IMG/VR virus record: IMGVR_UViG_3300029305_002366 | Location: 47,318-111,317 of that record | DNA from: a virus | Taxonomy: Duplodnaviria; Caudoviricetes | Length of the DNA: 64,000 bases | Strand: one strand, 5' to 3' | Shown: piece after piece, positions 10,461-21,940 of the stretch | Layout: every line of letters begins with the position of its first letter | Position numbering within the stretch: the stretch's first letter is position 1 | Translations under genes and position numbers: made by a program | The notes under the pieces: model-generated | Database searches by the model: none | Told to the model about the DNA's origin: nothing | What the model saw: only the letters and a program-made list of their open reading frames with translations

Positions 10461-11370
10461 CTCTTTTCATAGATGCGTCATAACTGAAAACACCAAAGTA
10501 TTTTTGCTCCGCTTCTTTTCTTGCAGATATAGCTTCATCAAGTGAAGCAAAACTTCCCAAGTGTATTCCCTTGTTTCTTATTCTTATTTGAGCCACCCAC
10601 CTGTTTGACCCATTCGGTTTATACACACCTACAACACCTGATGTGTTATTACTCTGCAATTTTCTGTTCATGTTGTTTTGTCTTACAGTTGCAATTCTCA
10701 GATTACTTTTACGGTTATCAGTTATATCATGATTGATATGGTCAACTACCATATCGTCAGGACAATTCATTATTAATCTGTGCAATAAAATTGGATTACC
10801 ATTATCTTGACTTTTTAAATATCCATCTCCGTCCTTTCTCCAACAATAATCTTTTACTTTCCAAAAATCATCTAAATCCACATCAAATGGCTCGTTTTTC
10901 AGTGTATACATAGTTACATAATTTCCACAAAATTCATAACGATTATACCTTCTACGATGTTCCGCTGAAAGACATCCACACGATTTAGAATTTCCACTTT
11001 TAAGACTTCTTTCCAATACTTCAACTTCGTTACCACAATCACAAATACATTTCCACTTAGAGTAATGGTGTCCCTTACTATTAATATAATCCTCTGCCCT
11101 CGACAAAACCCTAAGTTTACCAAATTTCTCACCTTCCAAATTGCTAAACTTTCTACGAGATTTGCTTAGGTCTGCTGAAAGGCATCCGCATGATTTGGTC
11201 TTGCCAGATTTTAAATCTTTAACCTGAGTGGTTTTTTCACCACCGCACTCGCACAAGCACTTACATCTTTTTCTATGCGTACCATTAGGTTCTACGTAAT
11301 CTTCTGCGTATTCAATAACTGTAAGCCTTCCAAATGTCATGCCTATTAAATCTTCTCTTGCTTTAACCAT
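10453..11370 (-). CDS. HNH-AP2 homing endonuclease with duplicated N-terminal domain
   Basis: two FGRLTV...CxCxCG...SCGC repeats, DHINHDITDNRKSNLR, AP2-like HLGSF...AISARKEAE. Confidence 0.9.
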   Translation of the reverse strand: MVKAREDLIGMTFGRLTVIEYAEDYVEPNGTHRKRCKCLCECGGEKTTQVKDLKSGKTKSCGCLSADLSKSRRKFSNLEGEKFGKLRVLSRAEDYINSKGHHYSKWKCICDCGNEVEVLERSLKSGNSKSCGCLSAEHRRRYNRYEFCGNYVTMYTLKNEPFDVDLDDFWKVKDYCWRKDGDGYLKSQDNGNPILLHRLIMNCPDDMVVDHINHDITDNRKSNLRIATVRQNNMNRKLQSNNTSGVVGVYKPNGSNRWVAQIRIRNKGIHLGSFASLDEAISARKEAEQKYFGVFSYDASMKRGV

Positions 11371-11485
11371 TTATTATCTCCTATGACATTCATTGCACAT
11401 CCATCCATATTCATCTTTGTGGCAGAAACAATTTTTCTTGGAACACCACTTGTAATCCGCACTATCACAAACTATTGAATACTTA

Positions 11486-14400
11486 TCAAATATCATTTCT
11501 TATTTCCTTCTTTCTTGTTTTTCTTACAATTACTCCATGTTTCTTTCGTGCCAATCTATATATACCCCATGTAAATGCTTCAACTCTGTATTCAAACGTC
11601 CAGAGCATATAACACAAGCATATAATATTAATTATTGGTATCAAGCCAATTATTAATATTGACACAAGTCTATCAAATTGATAATCACTATCAAACTTTG
11701 CAACACCCTTGCCATATAAAATATCTATTGCGATTATATCTACAATGTGATAAACTACAACAAGCATTATTGCGACAAATATATCAAGTAATAAATCAAA
11801 TAGAATAATTCTTATCAAACCTTTACCTCACCACTTTCAAGCATTGCAAGAAATTCTAATGCGGCAGTCTCAGGAATATTTTCAAGGTCATTAACTCCAT
11901 ACCAATCCATAAGTATTGTTAAAGTCTCATGCCTATCGGTCTTACTAAATGAAGCTATCTTTTTAGTAGTTGCTGAACACATTATTATCACTTCCTTTCC
12001 AACCAACTCTTAGCCATATCTTCTGTAATCTTGGTAAGGTCTTTGTTTTCTATATGGTAGTAGTCAAGTATCTCATTGAAAGCTGACCCGTGCTTATCAC
12101 CTTTATTAAGAACCTTCCTTAAAGTTTCAAATGTCAACTGCAATAACCCCCTGTCATATAACTTACATAATTCCTGTGTTAGTTTTAGTCCATCAGGTGT
12201 TTCATAAACTGTGCGATATTTTGAACAACTCTTTCTATCTGGAACTGAATAACATTTATGTCTCCATTTAAGAGAACCATCTTCGTTGATAAAAGTATTA
12301 TTATAAAAATCTGAGCCTAACACACAATACATTACATCTGTGTTTCCGTCAACATTAAGTCCAACACAAGCTAATTCTCCGCAAGGTATAATTTGCTCTT
12401 TGACCTCATCCCAATGATTATACAGCCACGGCACTTTCTTTTCATCTGGTTCAAAGTCAGCACAGGTGGTTATATCAAAACATCCACAATCGTAGGATTT
12501 GAAAATCTTTTTGGCAAATCTTAAATGCTTATGGTCTAATCTCTTACAGGTAGATTCAACACCGTCCATATCAGCATTAACTTTAAACCATTTACAATGA
12601 CCACATTCAATTCTGCACCATTCTTCACAGTTAGTATTCATATTACGTTACCTCGCAAAGAATTTGGCTAAACTCATACCTGCCAACATCAGTGACCAAA
12701 TAGCCATAGTCATAATAAAATCAAACTTGCCCTTACTATTGGTATGTCTACTAATGATAGTAGAACCTATTACAGATAACGTAACCGCTGATAATAAATT
12801 AATCATTTTCAAATCTCTCCTTTTCATTTTTATAAATCTCATAAGCATCACGATAATTCATGCAGGTAAATACTTGTTTATCATTTATCCAAATATGATA
12901 TATGGGTGAAGTCCAATTGTAGCATGGAACTCCATTACCTATTTTCTTCTTTGTCATATATAGTCCTGTTATATCTGATTCATGTTCAAGTCTCCATACT
13001 TCTATACCGTCTTGCTGACAGCGTTCAGCCCACTCATTTAATTCGTTCATACTCATTCTTCACGCTCTCTTTCGATTTCTCTCATTATTGTATCAACTTT
13101 AGTAATAGTTTCTGAAATTCCTCTGGAAGAACTAATTGTATATCTTACAAACTCAGGCACATCAATTTCTGATGTATAACACCATTCAAGAAGGTCATGT
13201 TTCTCTTTATCGGTATACTTTCCTGATTCATTGCATATGTCTGTTACAATTTCGGTAAGCATAGTATATACAGCATAAACATCTTCAACGTAGTTTATGT
13301 TATAACACCAATCCTTAAATATCATATCAAATGCTCGGTTTGCTATTCTTACTTCAAGTGGAAACGAACAAGTCTTAATCCTTTTTGCAAGAGGATTTAA
13401 TAAATTCAAATCATCCTTTATCGCATGAATCTCAGTCCAGTAATTTGTTGCTCCTTTAAATTCCCATGCTCTCTGTTTAATATCATTTATATCCATATTA
13501 TCTCTCCTTATCATTCTTCCTCATCTTCTTGTGCAAAGAAATCATATAAATCCCAATGGTCAAATTCAAAAGCAAGTTCTGGTATTTGTTGTAATCTATC
13601 GTCAGTAAGTTCATCTAATTTCCATTTATGGGGATAACCTAATAAGCATGGTTCATGCATATAGATATTCTTTTTAAACTTACAATGACTGCAATTATGT
13701 TTACTACAATCATCTTGAATCATTTTTAATAATCGTAGTAATACCACTGATAGTTTCATTTGTTTCTCTCCTCGTTTAACCAATCACACATACAATGATA
13801 GCAAGTATCAGTCATATCAGGGTCATTAATCTGTGAATACTTATCACATCTTGCAGACGAATAATGTTTTCCGAATAAATATAATGGACAACCGTCTGTA
13901 TGCTTTAATAGAATAAGTAGCTTATCTATCAATGCCATATTATTAAGCCACTGTCTGTTTGTCATTGCTCTTTTCCTCTTGTAGAATATATCTTGTGTAA
14001 GTTACCTTTTCGCCCCATCTGTTTACGTTCGTTTCATTAGTTGAAATAATATCAACACCTTTCTTCCTGAGAAGAAATACTGTAGCGGCTAATCTTGTAT
14101 CTCCAAGTTCCGAAATAGCATCCATTGAAGTAATACTACCAAACTCATGCAGGTATCTCATTAATCTTGTTTCTTTATTACTCATATAATTCATTCCTCA
14201 CAATCAGGATGCCACAGCTTACGCTCATCCTTTATCCACTGATATATTTCGTCAAGGTGTTCTCTTGCCAAATCTACAATCTGTTTTGATGAAGCGTATG
14301 AACGCATATCTTCTTTTCTGGCACACGTAATCAGTTCATATATAATATGTCTGTTAAACTCAGTCCAGTCTTTCAGATGTTCATATCGTTCATTATCTAC

Positions 14401-15125
14401 ATTTGTTTCTGCAATAGGACGAAAACATCCTAATACTTTATAACATAACTCTTGTACACTGAATAATTTCATATTAACTCCTTTCAATATTTTCCATCGT
14501 CAATCAACCAAAACGATATTGTTGTCATATCATGACAAGTGTCGTTACATGGACAATCACACGGTATAGTTTCATAGAAATCATTTAGGCATCTATCAAC
14601 CATATTGCAGTTATGACATTTATAGCAAATATCCCTACAACAATATTGCATGACTTCAATTAACAAATCCCCTTTGGTCATCATTCTTCTTCATCATCCT
14701 CGTCGCTATCTTCCTGACCGCACAAAGCATTAAATCTATTATTCATTTCATTCTCCTATTAACTTCATTGCTTCTTCTTTAAACTTCCATGTACATCTCT
14801 TATGTTTACCATTTCCAAGAGGACAAGAGTTACACGCATCATAAGGATTAGCATACTTCATAGCGTAGTCGCATACAATACATCTCTGTTCAAAACCTAC
14901 TACTGTGTCAAGCAGTTTATCAAAACTTTCAACTGCAATCTTCAATAATCTCTTGGCTTCTGTAAGTTCTTCTTCGTAATGAGCAATCTGTCTACATTCA
15001 TTCCAATGCTTATCCTGTAAATCAGAAATAGTTCTATCTGAATCAGAGATAGCTTCTTTTAACTGCTTGATATAAGCTGACAACTCAGGTTCTTCGTACC
15101 ATTTGTTTTCAATCCATATTCCCAT
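11486..15125 (-). CDS. run of about 12 small hypothetical phage ORFs (incl. membrane protein 11486-11818, Cys-rich proteins, HTH-like 13943-14194)
   Basis: tightly packed co-oriented ORFs with RBSs and overlapping stop/start codons. Confidence 0.65.
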
Positions 15126-15148
15126 AATATATTTTTCTCCTTTTATTT

Positions 15149-15868
15149 TTAATTTGTTTGACTGTTATCATAACTAAACTCTCCAAAGTATTTATTTTCT
15201 GCTTCTTTTCGAGCCTTGACCGCATCATCAAAATTAGTGAAATGTCCAAGAAAAATTGTTTTAGAATTTACACCTATCTGTACCTCCCACTTTTTTCTAC
15301 CTTTATTCCAGTATACCCCAGTAACTCCCGATGTATTATTGTCCTGTAACCCTCTATTCATGCTATTCTGACTTCTTGTAGCTATCCTAAGATTTGATTT
15401 ACGATTGTCCGATTTATCATGATTAATGTGGTCTACGTCCATACTATCAGGACAGTTCATAATAAATCTATGCAGTCCAACGTCTTTGCCATTTGTCCAT
15501 CCTATTACATATCCATTGAGGTCTATGTGCCAACATATATCTTTAACCTTATCAAAGTCCTCTAAATCAATATAGAATGATTTACCATTTAAATCATGCA
15601 TGATAACACAATCTTCTTGAACTTCGTAGTCATTATATTTTTTATTTTGCCGAATAATCTTTTCTGAGTTAAAACATCCACAAGAATAAGTAGACCCGTT
15701 TTTTAAATTATTTTCCATTACTGTAACATATTTATCATCACAACAAGTACACTTACACAAATATTTAGCACGATGCTTACCTTTAGGACTTACATAATCC
15801 TCAACCTATTCAATAACAGTCAGCCTACCAAACTGCTTGCCAACTAAACTTTCTTTTACTTTGACCAT
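15149..15868 (-). pseudogene. HNH-AP2 homing endonuclease with in-frame amber stop at codon 21
   Basis: ATG 15868 (GGAGG RBS) reads MVKVKESLVGKQFGRLTVIE*VEDYVSPKGKHRAKYLCKC...; TAG aligns with Gln in paralog 55277. Confidence 0.8.
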
Positions 15869-16132
15869 ATCATTACCTCCTATTCCTTTAATGTTTATGA
15901 GATTTGCAGTAGTTCAACACCAATTTGTATAGTAATCGTACCATGACCCGCATCCCTGATAGGTGTCATAGCAGTCATAATCGTTCTGTTGGTCATCTGT
16001 GTAATCACTCTCTGTGTTAGAGTTTAATACAGTCTGTAAGTAGTCAATCCAGTCTTTCAATAAGTTCACCACCTTTCTATTATACAATTTACTCTATGAG
16101 GGTTAAAATATAAATCGTTTACCTCTATATAT

Positions 16133-16161
16133 ATTATACTATAAAATTCGCTCTTTGTCAA
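16133..16161 (-). promoter_or_regulatory. sigmaA promoter with operator-like motif in the spacer
   Basis: TTGACA-17-TATAAT on minus strand; spacer AAGAGCGAATTTTATAG; second motif copy at 16081-16095. Confidence 0.85.
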
Positions 16162-16188
16162 GAGGGAAATGAAATTTTATATTTTTAA

Positions 16189-16566
16189 CTATTCTAAGTC
16201 ATCAAAATCTATTCCCTTATAATAAACTCTATTGCAATTCAAATTATAATCACGTTGTTTTAACATATCCCCTTCTGAACGAACAATTATTTTCTTACCC
16301 TTATCTATTTTCTTATTTTCATTAAATTCATCCCAATTAATATAAGGGAAATCCCCAATCATTAATCCTACATTCTTACAAGATATATTACCATCTTTGT
16401 CATAAAGGTTAATATCTTCACAGTTATTATTCTCGTTATAAAGGGTTACGTATACAGTGAGATTCTTTATAGTACAATTATTGTTTTTCAAAAACCTCCA
16501 TACTCCCTTACAAATATTAATAAATTCTCTGAATGTCTTAAACTCGTCATACACTTTTATTTTCAT
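16189..16566 (-). CDS. hypothetical protein
   Basis: 125 aa ORF with AGGAG RBS. Confidence 0.6.
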   Translation of the reverse strand: MKIKVYDEFKTFREFINICKGVWRFLKNNNCTIKNLTVYVTLYNENNNCEDINLYDKDGNISCKNVGLMIGDFPYINWDEFNENKKIDKGKKIIVRSEGDMLKQRDYNLNCNRVYYKGIDFDDLE

Positions 16567-17545
16567 AATAGTTCTCCTTTAGGTTAATATTTAATGCTTT
16601 ATTTTCTTTTATACACTTGTCAGCGATTATTGGTGCTATGTCCTCATTACAATAATAACCTGAGTAAAATTGAGGATTAATTGTAATGAATTTTCTTATC
16701 TTGTCATCCTTGACGTTTTGGATAATAGTAATTACACTTCTGCTACTTCCATCTTTATCTATAAAACAAATCTTAAATAAAGTGTCAATTAATCTTTTCT
16801 CTTGTCTTTCTCCAAGTCCAAGTAGCGACAGCATATCCTTTGTTGTCATTAAATCTATTTCATTCACATCTAATTCCAATGGATTCCTACAAAGCACATT
16901 GTATTTTACATTGATATACGGAATGAATCGCAGTAGCATTGCAAGATATTTTCGTGAGCGTGGTTCAGTCTTTTCATAAAGATATCTAACGCAATGTGAA
17001 AATATTTTTATAGCACAAGTATCTTCTCCAATATCTTTTTTTATACAACCCCTTTTAAAGTTTTCGGACACAGTTAGCTTACCATCTTCTTGTTCAGCGA
17101 CAATTTCAGTTTTAAGAAGTTCTTTCCAAAAACGAGCGAAATGAGTTTTATCTACACCAATAATCTTCTTCACATCTTCTTTGGTCATATAACGATAGGT
17201 TGAATAACAATCATCCCTAATAACTAAAACATTATCATTATATTTTAAATATGTCATTAGATACATTACTTGTACAAGCATACTATCGGATAAAGTAGGG
17301 TAGTATATTTCGATTGGATTATATATCCCCCAAAAGAAGTTTCCACCCAATTCTGATGTAACCATTTTTAAATTCTGTTTCTTTTCGTAAAACTCTTTTC
17401 TTATTTTTTTATTTTGACGTTCTCGCTCTTTTTCTTCTTCTCGTCCTTTGACCTCGGCAGCATATATATCTTCTTCTGTGTATGTGGTTTTTTCTGTTAT
17501 CACTTCTCCTGTTTCTTCGTTAATGTTTGTTGGTATTATCTCCAT
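16547..17545 (-). CDS. putative RepL-like replication/maintenance protein
   Basis: FIPYINVKYNVLCRNP and C-terminal INPQFY pattern typical of Firmicute RepL-like proteins; adjacent to direct repeats; start reassigned to ATG 17545. Confidence 0.5.
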   Translation of the reverse strand: MEIIPTNINEETGEVITEKTTYTEEDIYAAEVKGREEEKERERQNKKIRKEFYEKKQNLKMVTSELGGNFFWGIYNPIEIYYPTLSDSMLVQVMYLMTYLKYNDNVLVIRDDCYSTYRYMTKEDVKKIIGVDKTHFARFWKELLKTEIVAEQEDGKLTVSENFKRGCIKKDIGEDTCAIKIFSHCVRYLYEKTEPRSRKYLAMLLRFIPYINVKYNVLCRNPLELDVNEIDLMTTKDMLSLLGLGERQEKRLIDTLFKICFIDKDGSSRSVITIIQNVKDDKIRKFITINPQFYSGYYCNEDIAPIIADKCIKENKALNINLKENYYENKSV

Positions 17546-17600
17546 TAAACCAATCCTTTCAATTGTATTTATTAGAAACACTATGCGTTTCTGCAATTAA

Positions 17601-17629
17601 ATTATACTATACATTTTACTCCTTGTCAA
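17601..17629 (-). promoter_or_regulatory. sigmaA promoter with operator-like motif
   Basis: TTGACA-AGGAGTAAAATGTATAG-TATAAT. Confidence 0.85.
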
Positions 17630-17643
17630 GAGGTTTTTAAAAA

Positions 17644-17695
17644 TTTCGGACATTTCAGGCGAGAAACACCCCCTTTTTCGGACATTTCAGGCGAG
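17644..17695. repeat. two perfect 20-bp direct repeats (iteron-like)
   Basis: TTTCGGACATTTCAGGCGAG at 17644 and 17676, 32-bp period. Confidence 0.9.
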
Positions 17696-17983
17696 GGTGC
17701 AATTCCTAAAAAACCGCTATATATAGGCAAATAGTTCCGATTTTGGTCGTTTACGTTGCTCGTAATACACACACCCGATACGCTTGCCAATAATTAATAT
17801 ATAATATAATTAATATAAATATATATAATATAATTAATAATAAATAAAAAACAAAAAAGAGATGGAACAATAAGCCGCTTGCGGATTATTGTTCGTGAAG
17901 ATAAGTGAACGAACGGAGAGAATCGGAGTTCGGGCAATTATCTTCACAATATCCTACAATTATCATCTCACGTTCTAACTTAT

Positions 17984-18012
17984 ATTATAACATACAATTT
18001 ACTCTTTGTCAA
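17984..18012 (-). promoter_or_regulatory. sigmaA promoter driving a non-coding region
   Basis: TTGACA-AAGAGTAAATTGTATGT-TATAAT. Confidence 0.8.
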
Positions 18013-18694
18013 TAGACCGTTACAAAAATTGTTGCATAGCTACTATTAAGCATACCCCCAATTTTTTACATTGTCTGATTCTGCCGTGTATGAACATTCG
18101 CTTACGCTCGTTCATACACTCGCATAATCAGTTTTACCTTTAATCGTCTGCTTCGCATCCGTTTAAAGGTAAAAACTATCTGACCTGTTTTTATTTATTG
18201 AATGGGAAATGTTTTATAGTATTATAATACGCTTTTAAATGCGCTGTAAGGCTTTGTATTATTTGGAATATAGTTACACTACTTATGTTGTTAGAATTGA
18301 TTGTAGTTTATTGTAGAGCGAATAGGAGTATTATAAAGTGATTAATTATATAGATAATAAAATAATAGAATAGATACGTTCTTGATTGGATTAAATTAGC
18401 TTTTTAGGAATTAAGAGATGTTTATTTGAAATTTAATATTAGATATTATATTGAATGTATTAAGCCGATATCTGATAAGGGATAGTTCTGAGGGAGAGAG
18501 GTGAGGGAGAAGTAATAAGAATATGTGTGAAGTTATATGATTTTGAATTGCATTTTGGAATGTATGTGAAGTGTATATAAGGTGCATATGAAGTGTATGT
18601 AATTTTTTTGAAGGCTGTGAATGGAATACCTTTACCGTGTAAAACAGTTGTTAAAAGATTTTACGATGTAAACCAATCCCCGATATATCGCCAA

Positions 18695-18749
18695 GTTAGG
18701 GCTTGCTAACAGTAGATTCGCACATTTTCTACTGTTAGTACCGCCTAAC
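18695..18749. repeat. inverted repeat
   Basis: CTAACAGTAGA-N11-TCTACTGTTAG with outer GTTAGG/CCTAAC. Confidence 0.85.
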
Positions 18750-19500
18750 ACATTTCCCTTTTATATTATAATAGTATACGATAAATCCTTAACAATTGAA
18801 GAATCATTCATATATATTTTTTTAATGCTGTTATATGATATCCCTATACATATGTAAAGTAATTTTGGTTTACAGTGATTTTTGTCGGTCGTTTTGTTGC
18901 AATTGCAACACTTTTATTTTTTGATATCATTTTGATATCATACCGATATCAAAACATAACACATAACCAATGCACCAATAACATATAACCAAAACCAATA
19001 ACACAAATAAAATTAATAGTCTATACCTATAACACATTCACTTCAATAACAATCTGTATAAATACCATACAAATAAACAATAAGTAATAAACCGTTAAAA
19101 TATACACAAAATACTGAATATTCATATTCACAAAACCCTGATTCTATCCGAAATATAGGCATAAACTCCGAATCTATTCTCATGAATATTCACTACTTAA
19201 TGAATACATTTGTGCAATGTATACAACTTTCAACAATTAAAGCAAAGTTTTCAACAGCCTTCAAATGACCGTATATCGCTACAAAACAGCAAAATCGTTT
19301 CTAATGCCCTTTGTAACATATGGGTAATATAATATCATTCCGATAATAAAAAGCCGTTAAAAAGCATTTTAAAGGCTATTTTGAGACAGCACAACAAGAC
19401 TATTTTGTTTAATATCTTTACAAAACAGCCTGATATCATCTATTTAGTTTACTATGTTAACAATAATATTGATATTCAATAAACTGATGCTGAAAAATGC

Positions 19501-19707
19501 CTATTCTATGGGCTGTTTTGATATATCTATCATATTTTCATAACAATACAAAACACATTTTTGAATTAATGCAGTTTTAGAAATGCCTAAATTTTGGCTA
19601 TATTCCGTTATTATTTGCATATTTTTAGGTTTAATTTTAATACTACAACTTGTATAATTATCCTTATTGTATTGATTTACATATTTTGACTGATTAAATT
19701 TATCCAT
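19501..19707 (-). CDS. small Arc/RHH-like DNA-binding protein
   Basis: KYVNQYNKDNYTSCSIKIKP...LGISKTALI pattern; divergent from promoter at 19808. Confidence 0.55.
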   Translation of the reverse strand: MDKFNQSKYVNQYNKDNYTSCSIKIKPKNMQIITEYSQNLGISKTALIQKCVLYCYENMIDISKQPIE

Positions 19708-19807
19708 ATAGTATAATTCACTTCCTTTTTTAGTGCATTATGCACAACACAAGATATTGAAAAACAATAATTATATGTGCAAAACATAGAACGTCAAAAA
19801 AACATAT

Positions 19808-19836
19808 TGACATATTCGTGAATATGTGATATACTT
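19808..19836 (+). promoter_or_regulatory. sigmaA promoter
   Basis: TTGACA-17-TATACT followed by TAAACCATAG leader shared with other early promoters. Confidence 0.8.
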
Positions 19837-20251
19837 AAACCATAGAAGGGGCGAATTGCATACATACGCAAAAAATCAGGGGTTGACTTCCTGATATCGC
19901 TTTAGTAATTTAGTCAATTACGTTCCGTGTACTATGCCCTAAATGGGTCAACAAATAGTATCCGTTGTGCAGACAACGTAAAATAAACAGTGTTGTAACA
20001 GTGCTATAATTCTATCTATTTATCGAATAGTTGGCAATAGAATTATAGTCAATAGGTACTATGTTCTTACTGTGCAATAACACTAACTTTGTGCAGTATT
20101 ACCTTAAAACATAGGCGGTAAATTAAAGTATGCTATACCGTAAATTAGCAGTATATCAAGGTAATTTTGAAAGGTTTTTAACCAAGCATTTATTGCGGAC
20201 TGAATTAGAAAAACCTGTTTTTAACAATATACATAGAAAGGAGGGCGCAAA

Positions 20252-20332
20252 ATGGGTTTTGTAACCTTTTGGATATGTTTCAATATCTTTGGTGGTTTAC
20301 TTCTTAATCACTACAACAACCACAAAGACTAA
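20252..20332 (+). CDS. type I toxin-like 26 aa hydrophobic peptide
   Basis: AAAGGAGG RBS; MGFVTFWICFNIFGGLLLNHYNNHKD; convergent antisense promoter downstream. Confidence 0.6.
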   Translation: MGFVTFWICFNIFGGLLLNHYNNHKD

Positions 20333-20399
20333 AAGCTAATCCACAGGCAAGAGCGGATTTAACATCCGCTCTGTAAGTCCTGCGCCCTTCACACTTAAT

Positions 20400-20428
20400 A
20401 TTATAACATTTTTTGAATTATTTGTCAA
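20400..20428 (-). promoter_or_regulatory. sigmaA promoter for putative antitoxin RNA
   Basis: perfect TTGACA-17-TATAAT on minus strand with no ORF downstream. Confidence 0.75.
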
Positions 20429-20512
20429 GATTTATTCATGCTGAAACTGCCGTAAATCCGACAAAATCAGCACCAATTACATAGTCTTATGGACTTTAAA
20501 CGGAGGTATATT

Positions 20513-20830
20513 ATGACAAATGCAACTAAGGTAATTTTATTCTGTGGCTTATTCGACAAGGATTCAAAGGCTCAGGAAGTGTCAACTCTTGACGCTTACA
20601 AGGTGGCTTCAAACCTGCTTACCGAAATTATCGGTTTCGGCACTATTACCGAAGCCTGCGGAGTGTATACTCACGAAAATGGTGAGATTGTACAAGAGCC
20701 TACACTCAGAATCGAAGTGTCAAGCATTGACATTGAGAGCATGAAAAGACTGGCTCTCGCCTTAAAGCAAGCCTTCAACCAAGAGTCAATCGGATTCGAG
20801 GTTATAAAAAGCGACTTCTCATTCATCTAA
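20513..20830 (+). CDS. hypothetical early protein
   Basis: GGAGG RBS before ATG 20513. Confidence 0.7.
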   Translation: MTNATKVILFCGLFDKDSKAQEVSTLDAYKVASNLLTEIIGFGTITEACGVYTHENGEIVQEPTLRIEVSSIDIESMKRLALALKQAFNQESIGFEVIKSDFSFI

Positions 20831-21077
20831 TAGCAAAGAGCGAATTGTATAATAAAAAATGCAGACAGCGGAGGAAATTCCGTCAACTGAATATCATACC
20901 AACATTACGGAAAGCAAGGGAGGGAATATCCCACAACTTGCGGAACGTCCACCGAATACAGATACGAATACAGATAGGCGGTGCGGATGCACCGTTAATG
21001 TAGCTTGTTACCAGTCAAAAGGTCTAAAGCCCTGACTACTGGAAATACTACTAAATACATAACAGGAGGTAATTATC

Positions 21078-21659
21078 ATGAGTATTATCAAAACAGCTCA
21101 CGGATATAAACTTTTCAGAAAAGACAGCAAGGGAAATCTTCATCCCTTGTATGTCAATGCAAGTGAAATCCTTCCCATGAATACATGGATGTTCGCAAAG
21201 TGCGGAGAACGCACAAAGTCTGGCAAGGTTAAAAGCAAGCTTGGAGAACTTGCTTACCGTGGCGGTTGGCATTTAAACGATGAATGTCCGTATGTTACCC
21301 ATATATACGGAAAGCACTATTGCACTAACGGCACAGAACTGGAAAAGAATACAGGCAGAAGATTTAACAAAGTGCAGAAAAAAGACCATGTTTGGTGCTT
21401 AGTGGAATATGAAACAACTGTTGACTGTCAGCCTATGGCAAATGAAAAAGGCAGAAACAAACAGGGAAAAATCATTCCTAAAAATGCACAGCTTGAAATG
21501 GTAGACCTTCACGGATATTACCGTTACAAGACCAATCCAAATATGTTTGGAACTTGGATAATTGCAGGTAATATGCGTATTGTCAAGGAACTTACATACA
21601 ATGAAGTGGTCAGCAAATGTGCTGAATACGGATTAACACCAATGCCAATGGAGGGATAA
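21078..21659 (+). CDS. hypothetical early protein
   Basis: 193 aa, AGGAGG RBS. Confidence 0.75.
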   Translation: MSIIKTAHGYKLFRKDSKGNLHPLYVNASEILPMNTWMFAKCGERTKSGKVKSKLGELAYRGGWHLNDECPYVTHIYGKHYCTNGTELEKNTGRRFNKVQKKDHVWCLVEYETTVDCQPMANEKGRNKQGKIIPKNAQLEMVDLHGYYRYKTNPNMFGTWIIAGNMRIVKELTYNEVVSKCAEYGLTPMPMEG

Positions 21660-21863
21660 TATGAAATTAAAAGAACTCAAAAAGGGCGATTTATTCGCCC
21701 TTAAACCGCATGGAGAAAAGCACGTTACAGACAGTCAAGTTTACATCAAAGGAGAATATGACCGCACCGAAAAGAAGTATGACTGCGGAAGATGTGATGA
21801 TATCAGCTATTCACGATACTTTGACGGAAATAAGACTGTATACACTGACTTTGTGTATTGACA

Positions 21864-21902
21864 TTTTTCAAGCCTATCGGATTTTTCGATAGGCTTGAAA
21901 AA
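21864..21902. terminator. near-perfect inverted repeat, bidirectional terminator-like
   Basis: TTTTTCAAGCCTATCG-N-CGATAGGCTTGAAAAA. Confidence 0.6.
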
Positions 21903-21940
21903 GTGCCATTGCACTTAATACATATCACGGAGGTACTGTT

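Noticed and set aside
28-17000. Plus-strand ORFs overlapping the left-arm genes, and minus-strand ORFs in the right arm such as 63365-63877
   Set aside because: Shadow frames antisense to well-supported genes, with no RBS or recognisable motifs.
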